NCBI GenBank assembly: GCA_043816785.1
Contig: JBDRHP010000011.1
Coordinates: 59,076 to 123,075 of the forward strand
Length of the DNA: 64,000 nt
Direction: 5' to 3'
Source: Candidatus Margulisiibacteriota bacterium
Lineage (GTDB): Bacteria > Margulisbacteria > WOR-1 > O2-12-FULL-45-9
Shown here in pieces: positions 9,504-19,339 of this stretch. The position numbers and the translations under genes were made by a program. The notes below the pieces were generated by a model that was not told where the DNA came from, did no database searches, and was given only the letters and a program-made list of their open reading frames with translations. How positions within the stretch are numbered: position 1 is the first letter of the stretch; the number at the start of each line of letters is the position of its first letter.

Positions 9504-10128
9504 CTACCTTCGCTTCTCTTTGCTTGGCGGTTTGCTTCTTGTGCTCGTGGTAATTTTTGGCTGTGGCGATATTAGCAGCGGAGTGTCCAGCTTAACGATT
9601 TCTCCTTCGCCCGTAACTGTTGGCATCAATCAACCCCAGGCTTTTACTGTCCTGGGGATTAACTCGCTGGGCCAGATTGTCAGCGTGACCCCAACCTGGA
9701 GTGTGACGGGAAGCATTGGCACGGTCAATTCAAACGGGGTATTTATTGCTGGGGCTGCAACCGGCAGCGGCACGGTCGTAGCCACTTATGATGATAAAAG
9801 CGCTTCGGCCTCCATTACTGTGACAGACAAATGTTGGGTTGAGGGTAAAATTACCGGCGAGCTGGATGCAGGCGGTGTCCAAAGTATTTTAGTCAGCGTA
9901 AGCGGTACCAGCTATTCTGACCGCAGCGACAGTAATGGTAATTATTCAATCTCCAATGTCCCGGCCGGGACTTATCATGTTTATACTGAAGAAAACAACC
10001 AGATCTACCAGTCAGTTTCGAGCGAAGTGACTGTGACGGCGGGCCAAACCAAGACCCAGAATTTTTACCTAACGGTCAGGCCTGGAGTTCCTATTCCGAG
10101 CACCACGACTATTCCAGACTTTTTCTAG
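9487..10128 (+). CDS. Putative lipoprotein with Ig-like and carboxypeptidase-regulatory-like domains
   Basis: Hydrophobic stretch ending IFGC; S/T/G-rich beta content; SDSNGNYSISNVPAGTY motif. Confidence 0.7.
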   Translation: MANFFNYLRFSLLGGLLLVLVVIFGCGDISSGVSSLTISPSPVTVGINQPQAFTVLGINSLGQIVSVTPTWSVTGSIGTVNSNGVFIAGAATGSGTVVATYDDKSASASITVTDKCWVEGKITGELDAGGVQSILVSVSGTSYSDRSDSNGNYSISNVPAGTYHVYTEENNQIYQSVSSEVTVTAGQTKTQNFYLTVRPGVPIPSTTTIPDFF

Positions 10129-10131
10129 ATC

Positions 10132-10470
10132 ATGGCAGAAGAATTTAATCCTCAAGAAGCTGGCCGCCGCATTGCGGCTGAATATTTAAGTAAACGCCGC
10201 TGGGCCCATGAATGGCGTGAGGCTTTAAACCGGCAGCTCTACCCTGGATTTGAGCGCGAGGAGTTCGAGGCCAAGGAGAGGGAATGCGATCACATAGAGG
10301 AAGAAGCAGAAGATAATCTTTCCCAAAGTGTGGAACTCTGGCGGCACAGTGTTCTGCCGCAAAAAAACGAAGTCCTTTTGGCAATTCTGGAAATGCTGGG
10401 CCAAAGGACTGACCTGGGCTTTTATGCTAAACGGATCGTGGCACGGTTGAGAAGAGAGTTGAGCCCATGA
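10132..10470 (+). CDS. Hypothetical protein
   Basis: 112-aa ORF tightly packed within the operon. Confidence 0.65.
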   Translation: MAEEFNPQEAGRRIAAEYLSKRRWAHEWREALNRQLYPGFEREEFEAKERECDHIEEEAEDNLSQSVELWRHSVLPQKNEVLLAILEMLGQRTDLGFYAKRIVARLRRELSP

Positions 10471-10474
10471 TAGA

Positions 10475-11476
10475 ATGCATCCAATGCTTTTAGTTTGGTT
10501 GAAATTTTTAATTTGTGCCGCGATTATTTACCTTGCCGGTTCCAAGCTGACCAAATACGGGGATGCGATTGCTGAAAAAACCGGCTTGTGCCGCGCCTGG
10601 ATCGGCCTGGTGCTTTTAGCTGCCATTACTTCTTTGCCAGAGTTGGCGACCAGCATTTCTGCTTCAGCCCTGGCTCAAGCGCCGGACTTGGCGGCCGGAG
10701 ATCTGCTCGGTGCGTGCACAATGAACATGTTTACCCTTTCTCTCCTTGACCTGCTTTGGGGACTGCGCGGTAAAGGAACGATCTTCATCAAGCCCAAGGA
10801 AGGCAATTTGATATCCACACTTTTTGGCGCAGTTATCTTACTGACGGTAGCCGCTGCTCTGGCGCTGGGACATGTTTCCCTTGATCTTTCGATACGGGGC
10901 ATCTCTGTCTATTCCATGGTGATTCTAGGGGTTTATCTGTTGTCGCTGGCTATTCTTTATAATTATCGTGAAGGCGCAGAAACGCTTGGGGCGAAAACTT
11001 ACGCCCATGTTTCGTCTCTTCAGACATATCTGTTTTTCTTCTTTTCAGCGGCAGCGGTTGTTGCTGCGGGCAGCTGGCTGCCATTTATTGGCGCAGAGAT
11101 TGTCAATGTTATGGGCTGGGGACAAACATTTGTGGCAGTCTTGTTTTTGGCGCTGGCAACGACCCTGCCGGAGATAACAGTTTCTTTTTCTGCGTTAAAG
11201 TTGGGCCATGCCAGCATGGCAATTGGCAATATGGTAGGCAGTAATATATTTGATGTTTCCCTTATTTTCCTGGCGGATATTTTTTATCGGCCGGCTTCCC
11301 TGTATTCAACAGTAAATTCAAGCATGATCTTTGTTGCTTTGATCGGGGCGTTGCTTATGGGCTTGATTTATTACGCACAAAAGAAACAGGTCAAAAACCA
11401 TATGCTTTCCCTGATTGTCATAACAATCTACCTCTGTTCCCTATTTTTCCTCTTTACGTCCGGCGTGCTGTCGTAA
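10475..11476 (+). CDS. Sodium:calcium (CaCA) antiporter family protein
   Basis: Two alpha repeats TSLPEL and TTLPEI, GSNIFD, about 10 TM helices. Confidence 0.9.
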   Translation: MHPMLLVWLKFLICAAIIYLAGSKLTKYGDAIAEKTGLCRAWIGLVLLAAITSLPELATSISASALAQAPDLAAGDLLGACTMNMFTLSLLDLLWGLRGKGTIFIKPKEGNLISTLFGAVILLTVAAALALGHVSLDLSIRGISVYSMVILGVYLLSLAILYNYREGAETLGAKTYAHVSSLQTYLFFFFSAAAVVAAGSWLPFIGAEIVNVMGWGQTFVAVLFLALATTLPEITVSFSALKLGHASMAIGNMVGSNIFDVSLIFLADIFYRPASLYSTVNSSMIFVALIGALLMGLIYYAQKKQVKNHMLSLIVITIYLCSLFFLFTSGVLS

Positions 11477-11488
11477 TCCCGACACCTA

Positions 11489-11626
11489 TTAACTAACAAC
11501 TTACAATTAACAATACGGCCCTTCGGGCCTACAACCGATAAGGAATTCCCTATTATTATAATAAAAAATCATTATATGTTGTTAGTTATAAGTTGTAGCG
11601 AGCAAAGCGAGCGTCTTGTTAGTTAA
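11489..11626. repeat. MITE/REP-like element with terminal inverted repeats
   Basis: TTAACTAACAA (11489) / TTGTTAGTTAA (ends 11626), internal GGCCC-TTC-GGGCC hairpin, heptamer tracts on both arms. Confidence 0.6.
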
Positions 11627-11628
11627 CA

Positions 11629-11644
11629 TGGCAATAAGATTGCT
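11629..11644 (+). promoter_or_regulatory. Sigma54 -24/-12 promoter
   Basis: TGGCAATAAGATTGCT: GG-N10-GC with TGGCA and TTGC, 28 nt before ATG 11673. Confidence 0.65.
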
Positions 11645-11672
11645 GCTAAGCTGTTATAAGGAGAGGGCATAA

Positions 11673-12095
11673 ATGTATTTAAAAACCAAGAAAATGATCG
11701 TTGTGCTTTTTTTGATATTTGTGAGTTTACTTCTTGTGTCCTGTTCTGCCTCTAAAGAGAAGATAGAAGTGCAAACAGCAGATGACGACATCGAAATTGT
11801 AGAAGAGCAAGTTTCAACCTTAGAGGCCGATCCTCGCGAAACAGTCTTTACCTATAATAATCAGCCAGAAAAAGTCTTTTTAAAAGAAGCACTTTTAAAA
11901 TTAAATTCCGAGCCCCTTCTCCTGACCTCCGGCTACGTGCGGTTAGTTGGGGTGGTCAGTGGGGGTAAGCCGCTAGCCTTGATCGAGGTTGGGGGGAGGG
12001 GTGTTTGTTTAGCGCTCGGGGATGAGGTTGGAGGATATTGTTTGGTTGAGATAAAGAAAAACGGGATTAGATTATTAAGGAAATCGGAGGGATGA
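11673..12095 (+). CDS. Putative lipoprotein with PilP/GspC-like C-terminal domain
   Basis: Lipobox-like LLVSC; RLVGVVSGGKPLALIE..GDEVGGY..VEI; precedes the secretin. Confidence 0.6.
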   Translation: MYLKTKKMIVVLFLIFVSLLLVSCSASKEKIEVQTADDDIEIVEEQVSTLEADPRETVFTYNNQPEKVFLKEALLKLNSEPLLLTSGYVRLVGVVSGGKPLALIEVGGRGVCLALGDEVGGYCLVEIKKNGIRLLRKSEG

Positions 12096-12096
12096 G

Positions 12097-13260
12097 ATGC
12101 TAAAAAAAATACTCTTATTTTGTAGTTGTTTGCTTATTGCTCTAAGCAGTGCCTGGTCTGATGAGCTGATCGCTAAGATCGATTTTAATGACGCTGCAGT
12201 ATTAGATGTTGTCCAGATCCTGGCCAGGCAGTCTGGTTTAGATGTTATAATCAGTGGAGACAACTCCATTGCCCAGAGCAAACGGACCTCCTTGCATTTA
12301 AAAAACGTTTCGGCTGAAGAAGCGATTGAGCATGTTTTGTTAACTAACGGCCTGACTTATGAGAAAAAAGGCAGCGCGATCCTGATCTCAATGTCGCCGC
12401 AGCTAACCAATGATAATGTTTTTCAAGGTGCGATAAAGATCGTTAAGCTCAAATATCTGACAGCAGAGAATGTTTCTGCCTTATTATCAAAAATACTCCC
12501 GGCTTTGAAGGCCAGCCAGGGAGGCAGCGAAAACACCCTGATTCTTCGCGGCAAAGAGCCTTTAATTCAGGCGGCTAACGATCTGATCAGCTCAATTGAC
12601 CACCCAGTGCCCCAAATATTAATTGAGAGCAAGGTTTTGGAGCTATCTGAAGCTGATTCAATGCGTCTTGGTTTATCTTATGGCAGTGAGCCTGGGACGT
12701 TTCGTTTTATTTCAGATAAAAGCACCCGCAAAACACAGCCAGCGACGGACCTGCTAACGACCTTAAATGCGCTGGTTAGTGACGGCAAAGCCAATGTAGT
12801 GGCCACACCCAGGATCGCGACCCTGGATGGACATGAGGCAGTGATCAATATTGGCAGTCGTATTCCCTATGCCGTACCGGTCAGCAATGGTTCTGGCAGC
12901 ACGCAGTGGACCGTTGAATATATTGATGCTGGAGTGAAATTAAAAATCACTCCCTGGCTGGGGGAGGCAAAACACGTTACCGCTTCCATCAAGCCAGAGG
13001 TCTCTTCTATTTCACAATGGAGGACTACCGCGGCCGGAGATTTTCCAATTATCAGTACCAGGAACGCTCAAGCCACTCTAAGGGTTAAGGATGGGGAAAC
13101 GATCGTGGTTGGCGGGCTGATTTCTGAGTCTAATCGGGAAAATGTTTCCAGGTTACCAGTGGTGGGTTATATTCCTTTAATCGGAATGTTGTTTCAGAAT
13201 AAGACGCTGGAGAAAACGAAAACAGAAATTGTTTTTTTGATAACGCCACATGTTATCTGA
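12097..13260 (+). CDS. Compact secretin (GspD/PilQ family)
   Basis: Signal peptide, STN/N domains, QILIE, P.IATLDG, VKDGETIVVGGL, IPLIGMLF, FLITPHVI. Confidence 0.88.
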   Translation: MLKKILLFCSCLLIALSSAWSDELIAKIDFNDAAVLDVVQILARQSGLDVIISGDNSIAQSKRTSLHLKNVSAEEAIEHVLLTNGLTYEKKGSAILISMSPQLTNDNVFQGAIKIVKLKYLTAENVSALLSKILPALKASQGGSENTLILRGKEPLIQAANDLISSIDHPVPQILIESKVLELSEADSMRLGLSYGSEPGTFRFISDKSTRKTQPATDLLTTLNALVSDGKANVVATPRIATLDGHEAVINIGSRIPYAVPVSNGSGSTQWTVEYIDAGVKLKITPWLGEAKHVTASIKPEVSSISQWRTTAAGDFPIISTRNAQATLRVKDGETIVVGGLISESNRENVSRLPVVGYIPLIGMLFQNKTLEKTKTEIVFLITPHVI

Positions 13261-13986
13261 TCAAAGCGGGACGATTTTTATTTTTCCCTGGACCCCAATT
13301 TGATCATCTTTTACAATTAAGACCCCATCCAGGCCCCGGATCTTCTTAGCTAATTTAAGGCCGTTCCCAATGTCTGTGACCTCTTTTATCACATTGCCAA
13401 TGGCTGTTGCTGCTGCGTCAGCCAGGGGGGCGCTCCTGGCAATTACCACCACGGCATCCGCTTGGCCAAAGCTAAAGGAATGGCCCACAGTTCCCGAAGA
13501 AGTACAAACCGCAAAGGGTTCTTCGCGCGGTTCTATTTCCAGCCCGATCTTTTCTGAAAAGGGTGAGCTGCCTGCAAAAAGGCCGACCTTGCGCGGTTGT
13601 TTTATTTTTAAAAAGATGTCGCCGCCGTTTTCAACAATTAGCTCATCGCTGAATTCCAAAAGATCTTTACCTACAAATTGGGCGATCGTCCCGGCTACGG
13701 CAGCCATGGGGCCGACCTTGGCCCGGCGAGCAGCCTTGGCCATCTCTTTGACGATTGGCGGAGCGTCGTAGCGCACGCGGTGAGGGGAAAAGGTTTTGGC
13801 GAATTGCGGATCAACCGCGATATAGCGCTCGATCTCTGCGCGGTATTTTACAACATAAGCCAGGGCTTTGTCATAGAGGTTCTTATCGGCGAGAATAAGC
13901 AGGTCGGTTTCTTTCTCAATTATCTCAAACTTAATGAGGTTTTCCGCTTTAACATAATTTCGATAAGCTCGTGTTTGATAGACCAT
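13261..13986 (-). CDS. UPF0280/ApbE-like family protein
   Basis: VGPMAAVAG, ENGGDI, CTSSGTVGHSFSFGQADA, ADAAATA. Confidence 0.85.
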   Translation of the reverse strand: MVYQTRAYRNYVKAENLIKFEIIEKETDLLILADKNLYDKALAYVVKYRAEIERYIAVDPQFAKTFSPHRVRYDAPPIVKEMAKAARRAKVGPMAAVAGTIAQFVGKDLLEFSDELIVENGGDIFLKIKQPRKVGLFAGSSPFSEKIGLEIEPREEPFAVCTSSGTVGHSFSFGQADAVVVIARSAPLADAAATAIGNVIKEVTDIGNGLKLAKKIRGLDGVLIVKDDQIGVQGKIKIVPL

Positions 13987-14001
13987 GTTATAATATCCTT
14001 T

Positions 14002-14730
14002 ATGCTATACGGAATTATATCAGATATTCACGGTAATTTGGAGGCATTGGACGTTGTGCTCAACAAGTTATCCCGGGTAGATAAACTCGTTTGTCTGGGG
14101 GATATTGTTGGTTATGGACCGAATCCAAATGAATGTGTAGAGAAAATAAGGGAGTTGAAGATGCCCTGTGTGCTGGGCAACCACGAAGCCGTAGGGATCG
14201 GCAAAACTGATTCAACCTGGTTTAATAGCAATGCGCGCGCAGCGATCCAATGGACTCAAAGGGTGATTTTTCAAGATAATCTTGATTATTTGAGGGACTT
14301 ACCCTTAAGGCTGGAAGAAGATGGTTTTGAAATGGTCCATGGAAGTTTACGCAACCCAATAGAAGAATATATTACCAGCATTGCTGATGCCCTGCCGACT
14401 TTTAAAAAAATGGTCAAACCAATCTGTTTTGTTGGTCATTCGCACATCCCGCTTTATATCGCTTTAAAAAAAGATGGCAACTATGTTGGCGGAGACCTAA
14501 GCGATGGCGAGGAGATCCTGACTGACGAGTATGAAAAAGTTATCATTAATGTTGGGGCAGTGGGACAGCCGCGAGATAAGGATCCCCGCGCCAGCTTTGG
14601 TATCTATGATTCAAAAACGAGACTATTTAGCCTGCATCGCGTTGTCTACAATATTGACCAGGTCCAGCAAAAAATGAAGGCCGTTGGTTTGCCTCAGCGT
14701 CTAATTGATAGGCTGGCAACTGGCAAATAA
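14002..14730 (+). CDS. Metallophosphoesterase (calcineurin-like)
   Basis: SDIHGN, GDIVGYG, GNHE, HGS, GHSH, NVGAVGQPRD; start reassigned to ATG 14002. Confidence 0.9.
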   Translation: MLYGIISDIHGNLEALDVVLNKLSRVDKLVCLGDIVGYGPNPNECVEKIRELKMPCVLGNHEAVGIGKTDSTWFNSNARAAIQWTQRVIFQDNLDYLRDLPLRLEEDGFEMVHGSLRNPIEEYITSIADALPTFKKMVKPICFVGHSHIPLYIALKKDGNYVGGDLSDGEEILTDEYEKVIINVGAVGQPRDKDPRASFGIYDSKTRLFSLHRVVYNIDQVQQKMKAVGLPQRLIDRLATGK

Positions 14731-14731
14731 A

Positions 14732-14758
14732 CTGAAATTTTTTCTTAAATCCCCGATA
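14732..14758 (+). promoter_or_regulatory. Shared alternative-sigma promoter motif, copy 2
   Basis: CTGAAATTT..CCGATAA (TGAAAT-N15-CGA). Confidence 0.6.
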
Positions 14759-14800
14759 AATTATAAGAAGTTTTAATCATCTAAATTGGAGGGCAAATTC

Positions 14801-15256
14801 ATGGTTGTACTTGGCAGGACGGTGAGGGTTACTCCTCAGGCATTAGAAAGCATTGTCCGCAAGAACAGAGTTATGATTCATGTTGAGGGTAGGAACATTC
14901 GCATGGCACAGACTGTGCTTTGGGGTGCTGTGGCTGGCTATAAGAGTATTCAGGCTGAGATTAAGGGAAAACAATTGGTTTTATCTGAGCGTGATTACCG
15001 AGGTAACCCTACCGCTGAGCAGCATAAACTGCGCATCTTGCAACTAATGAATTCAGACATAAGAGAATTAGTTATGCCCCAAGACTTTCTTTACGGTCAT
15101 GCAGAGCGGTTAATTGAAGAAGTTGGGAGTTGTTTATTGCTGAAAATCAAAGGAGCTTGGCAATCAGGCAGACTTATTTCTGGACAAATGTCTCTGGTTG
15201 TTGGCACAGAGACAGCTGAAGAGCAAACTTACGGATTGCTAATACTTAATGACTGA
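14801..15256 (+). CDS. Hypothetical protein
   Basis: GGAGGG RBS before ATG 14801; no recognisable family. Confidence 0.65.
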   Translation: MVVLGRTVRVTPQALESIVRKNRVMIHVEGRNIRMAQTVLWGAVAGYKSIQAEIKGKQLVLSERDYRGNPTAEQHKLRILQLMNSDIRELVMPQDFLYGHAERLIEEVGSCLLLKIKGAWQSGRLISGQMSLVVGTETAEEQTYGLLILND

Positions 15257-15262
15257 TTGTTT

Positions 15263-15889
15263 CTATAATGTTCCCTTAGTAGAAGGAACGCCCTTTTTCC
15301 GGGGATTGATTTCACAAGCTCTTCTCAATGCAACTCCAAAAGCTTTAAAAATCGCTTCGATTTTGTGATGTGTATTCTTGCCTCTTTTTAAATCAACATG
15401 TAAGGTTACGCCGGCTTTGTAGACAAAAGCTTCGAAAAATTCCCGCAGCATTTCCGCGTCTAAAAAGAGCTTTACTCTTTCTTTGCCGAGCTGGGCATAA
15501 ATCAGCTCTTTAGGGAATTTAGCCTTAAAAGTAAAGTGGGGCCGGCCGCTGATGTCCACGGCAGTTTTAACCTCAGCCAGGGACTCATCCATGGGAACAA
15601 CGGCATGGCCATAGCGTTCTATCTTCTTCTTAGGGCCCAAAGCTTTTTTAAATGCTTCGCCCAAGGTCAACCCCGTATCTTCGATCAGGTGATGCATGTC
15701 TATCTCAATATCGCCTTTGGCCGCAAGTTTAAGGTCGAAGAGGCCGTGCTTGGAAAAAAGAGTAAACATATGGCCTAAAAAAGGGATCGGGTAATTGATC
15801 TTGCTCTTACCCTGGCCGTCAACAGTTAGTTCGATATTTATGCTGGTTTCTTTTGTTTTACGCTGGATCTGGCTCTTTCTTTTCTTCAT
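15263..15889 (-). CDS. hisB: Imidazoleglycerol-phosphate dehydratase
   Basis: RKTKET, DMHHLIED, PMDES, NTHHKIEAIFKA, PSTKG. Confidence 0.95.
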   Translation of the reverse strand: MKKRKSQIQRKTKETSINIELTVDGQGKSKINYPIPFLGHMFTLFSKHGLFDLKLAAKGDIEIDMHHLIEDTGLTLGEAFKKALGPKKKIERYGHAVVPMDESLAEVKTAVDISGRPHFTFKAKFPKELIYAQLGKERVKLFLDAEMLREFFEAFVYKAGVTLHVDLKRGKNTHHKIEAIFKAFGVALRRACEINPRKKGVPSTKGTL

Positions 15890-16166
15890 TTTTAATTGCT
15901 CCGCCCTGCCTGCCGGCAGGCAGGCTTTCTAAATCTTTTATTTTCTTTTCCAATTCTCTGATCTTTTTTGCGGTTTTAATATACTGCGGCACACCAAACA
16001 GGCTGGCCATTATCACGCCGACCAAAGCTGAAAAGAGCACGACTAAGGCCAGGGAAACTGCCGGAGCCTGCCAAAAGAAAAAACTAACCGAGACCGTAGC
16101 GCTATTTAATGAGGCAAAACCGGCGATCAAAATAGCAATTAATATCGCGATGATCAATCCCCACAT
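15858..16166 (-). CDS. LapA-family small membrane protein
   Basis: Two TM helices, FASLN..V.VSFFFW pattern, C-terminal coiled coil. Confidence 0.75.
   Translation of the reverse strand: MWGLIIAILIAILIAGFASLNSATVSVSFFFWQAPAVSLALVVLFSALVGVIMASLFGVPQYIKTAKKIRELEKKIKDLESLPAGRQGGAIKNEEKKEPDPA
15905..15924. repeat. Perfect 20-bp palindrome inside a CDS
   Basis: CCTGCCTGCCGGCAGGCAGG, read as LPAGRQ. Confidence 0.85.
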
Positions 16167-16169
16167 AAT

Positions 16170-17213
16170 TTAATCCTCCTTGAATAAAGATGCTTGGTCT
16201 ATTTTATCAGATTTTGTAAAAGCAATCCCTAGGTGTTTGTAGGCGGCTTTGGTCGTGACCCGGCCCCGAGGTGTCCTTTCAATAAAGCCCAGCTCGAGCA
16301 GATAAGGTTCGTAAACATCTTCAATGGTTAAGGAATCTTCATGAATCGAGGCGGCCAAGGAATCTACCCCTACCGGACCGCCGGAAAACTTCTGGATGAT
16401 CGCCCTTAGTATCTTTCGATCAACTTTGTCCAGACCTAACTCATCGATTTCCAGTCCCTCCAGGGCCTTTTTAGCGATCTCCTGGGTTATCTTACCGGTT
16501 GATTTTACCTGGGCATAGTCACGCACCCGCCTGAGCAGGCGATTGGCGATCCGGGGAGTGCCGCGCGAACGCTTAGCTATCTCATGCGCGCCGGCTTTTT
16601 CAACCTCGATATTTAGGACTCGCGCTGCGCGCTGAACTATTTGCTCCAGCTCATTGGCATCGTAGAATTCCAGCCGGCTGATCATGCCGAACCGGTCGCG
16701 CAGGGGAGAAGAAAGCTGGCCAATCCTGGTGGTCGCTCCGATCAAAGTAAATTTGGGCAGGTCCAGCCTGATCGATCGAGCGCTAGGTCCTTTGCCGATC
16801 ACAATGTCAAGACCAAAATCTTCCATGGCTGGATAAAGCACTTCTTCAACAACTCGATTCAGTCGATGGATCTCATCAATGAACAAAACATCGCTCTTCT
16901 TCAAATTAGTTAAAATGGCAGCCAGATCACCGGGCCGCTCAATGGCTGGGCCGGAAGTTACGCGGCAGTTAACGCCCATTTCGTTAGCAATGATGTTGGC
17001 CAGGGTGGTTTTACCTAAACCTGGAGGGCCGTAGAAAAGGAGGTGCTCCAGATTTTCCTGGCGGCCCTTGACTGCACTGATGTGAATATTCAGGTTCTCT
17101 TTGATCTTTTCCTGGCCAATAAAGTTCTTAAATGTTTTTGGCCGCAAGCCCTCAAAAGCCTTATCTTCTTCTTTTCTCTCAAAGGTAATTATCCTTTCCT
17201 GCTTATCCGTCAC
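16170..17213 (-). CDS. ruvB: Holliday junction helicase RuvB
   Basis: [36 protein letters not shown]. Confidence 0.97.
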   Translation of the reverse strand: MTDKQERIITFERKEEDKAFEGLRPKTFKNFIGQEKIKENLNIHISAVKGRQENLEHLLFYGPPGLGKTTLANIIANEMGVNCRVTSGPAIERPGDLAAILTNLKKSDVLFIDEIHRLNRVVEEVLYPAMEDFGLDIVIGKGPSARSIRLDLPKFTLIGATTRIGQLSSPLRDRFGMISRLEFYDANELEQIVQRAARVLNIEVEKAGAHEIAKRSRGTPRIANRLLRRVRDYAQVKSTGKITQEIAKKALEGLEIDELGLDKVDRKILRAIIQKFSGGPVGVDSLAASIHEDSLTIEDVYEPYLLELGFIERTPRGRVTTKAAYKHLGIAFTKSDKIDQASLFKED

Positions 17214-19269
17214 TGGAGTAGGTCCTCTTGTAACCGTAATAGCTTTTCATGACCTTTTTTACGTAGTTCCTGGTTTCCCAAAGAGGAATATCTTCGACAA
17301 ATTCATCCAGATCGAATTGTTGGTACTTTTTTAGCCATTTTTCAACTCTGACCGGCCCGCCATTATACCCAGCCAAAGCTAAAGAAATATTGCCGTTAAA
17401 ACGCCTGATCAGGCCAGCAAGATAGTAAGTGCCCATCTGAATATTGATGCGCGGATCATACATGTTCCAGCGTGAGTAGCTCAGTCCCAGATCGCGAGAG
17501 ATGCTGCGGCCTGTGCTGGGAATGATCTGCATCAGGCCATGAGCCCGGGAGCGGGAAAGCGCCTGGGATTTAAAGCGGCTTTCTTCGCGGATCACCGCAT
17601 AAGTCAAATGAGGGTCAAGACCGTACATTTTTGAGTATTTTTCTACATAGCTCCAGTAACCGCGCGGATACGAGAACCGCCACAGGCGCGGGTCGATTCC
17701 GGCCAGAGAGCCGGAGAGCATGGCATCATTGATCTTTTTATCGGCAAACCAGATTGGCTTGGCAAATTTACCTTTCATAACATAGGCATTGTATTTAGCC
17801 AGGCTAACTTTTTCTTTTTTGATCAAGGGAACCTTTTCCTCAATAAATGCCGCTTCCTCAACAGCTTCGTCGCCTAAATCCAGGGCGAGAAGTTCTTGGT
17901 ATTTTCGTTCGTGACTGGTGGTTTCAACAGAATCACCGTCTAGATCTGAAATAACTTCAGACAAATCAGGAATGGCGTTGGGGTTGAGGGAAATGCCATT
18001 TTTGGCCAGTTCTTCACGGGCGCGATAAGCGTAATAAGAATGATCATGCCTGGCGACCGTGGTTTTGTAGGCCATAATTGCTTTATCGGTTTTGCCGGCT
18101 TTTTCCGCGCATTTAGCAGCCCAGAAGAGCAGGCGATCAGACACCTTGTCGGCCGGAAGCTCAAGCGCACGGGCAAAATTTTGATAAGCCTCTTCATAGC
18201 GGCCCTGTTTGTAATAAATGTTGCCGATCAGCCAGACAATGTCAGGAAAAAGCTCTGAGTTGGGATAGCTGGTGGCCAGTTTTTCATAGGTCAAAAGGGC
18301 CTGTTCTGTTTGGTTCATCTGAGTGTAATAGCGGCCAAGGTAGCTGAGGGCATCATCAGCAGAATGGCTGTTGGGATAACTGGCAACAATTTTTTCCAGG
18401 AGGGAAATACTGGCCCGTGGGCTATTTTGATAATCATAGGTAAGAGCTAGATAGAACATGGCTTCTGGTTTTGAGTCCCGGTCCAGATTTATTGCCTGGC
18501 TAAAATATTTTGCTGCGGTATCCAGCTTGCCGTTCCTTAAAAAGATCCTGCCGAGCATTAATAACGCTTCATCATAAAAGGAACTCTTCTTATAGAATTT
18601 TGTCAAACGGTAAAAACATTCTTTGGCCCCGGCGTAATTTTTTTTATCAAAATATTTTACGCCCAGGTTATATTGCGCGGCAGCGGGGACTTCGTAGCCA
18701 GCTAAGTGCTTGCTCTTGGCCAGGTGGTCTAACCTAATTAAGGCTTTTTCAGACCAGTCGCTGCTGGGATGAAGCAGGTCCAGATTGCGGTAAACGCGGG
18801 CTGCGTCAGCGTAGTTCCCCTGCTGCTCAAGAACTGAGCCGAGCAGATATCGTGCCTGGTCCACCTCCTCATAGGTGGGGAAGCGGGCGATCAAATCCCT
18901 TAAGGTTTTAGCAGCGGTCTCAGGCTGGCGGTCCTCCAGCTGAAGCTGGGCCATGGCAAACAGGGAGTGGGGCACCAGCACGCTATCCTTAAAATCGCCC
19001 AGAACAATGCTGTAAACCTGTAGGGCTTCCTTAACGTGATGTTTTTTTTGATAGGCCTGGGCAATATAGTAATAGCTGTAATCAAGCAAGGGATAGGAAT
19101 AGTCATTTAGGGTGAGTTTAAAGCTATTTATGGCTGCGTAGTATTTTCCCTCAGCTAATAAATTGTACCCCTCTTTAAACGCGGGCCGTGCCTCCAGTGT
19201 GGCTGAGAAGGCAGGGAAAGCCTGCGTTAATAAAAAGGAGAGAGAGAGTAAAACCAACTGTAAGCGCAT
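17203..19269 (-). CDS. slt: TPR-containing soluble lytic transglycosylase
   Basis: Signal peptide, TPR array, SLT motifs [23 protein letters not shown]. Confidence 0.88.
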   Translation of the reverse strand: MRLQLVLLSLSFLLTQAFPAFSATLEARPAFKEGYNLLAEGKYYAAINSFKLTLNDYSYPLLDYSYYYIAQAYQKKHHVKEALQVYSIVLGDFKDSVLVPHSLFAMAQLQLEDRQPETAAKTLRDLIARFPTYEEVDQARYLLGSVLEQQGNYADAARVYRNLDLLHPSSDWSEKALIRLDHLAKSKHLAGYEVPAAAQYNLGVKYFDKKNYAGAKECFYRLTKFYKKSSFYDEALLMLGRIFLRNGKLDTAAKYFSQAINLDRDSKPEAMFYLALTYDYQNSPRASISLLEKIVASYPNSHSADDALSYLGRYYTQMNQTEQALLTYEKLATSYPNSELFPDIVWLIGNIYYKQGRYEEAYQNFARALELPADKVSDRLLFWAAKCAEKAGKTDKAIMAYKTTVARHDHSYYAYRAREELAKNGISLNPNAIPDLSEVISDLDGDSVETTSHERKYQELLALDLGDEAVEEAAFIEEKVPLIKKEKVSLAKYNAYVMKGKFAKPIWFADKKINDAMLSGSLAGIDPRLWRFSYPRGYWSYVEKYSKMYGLDPHLTYAVIREESRFKSQALSRSRAHGLMQIIPSTGRSISRDLGLSYSRWNMYDPRINIQMGTYYLAGLIRRFNGNISLALAGYNGGPVRVEKWLKKYQQFDLDEFVEDIPLWETRNYVKKVMKSYYGYKRTYSSDG

Positions 19270-19339
19270 AAATGTAATTATAGCGCAGCTTGTCATAGAA
19301 TACAATTTTGGCTATACTTATAGTCTGGAGAACCAATTC

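Noticed and set aside
13678..14001. N-terminal extension of the phosphoesterase ORF
   Set aside because: Overlaps the opposite-strand UPF0280 gene; the family domain starts at ATG 14002.
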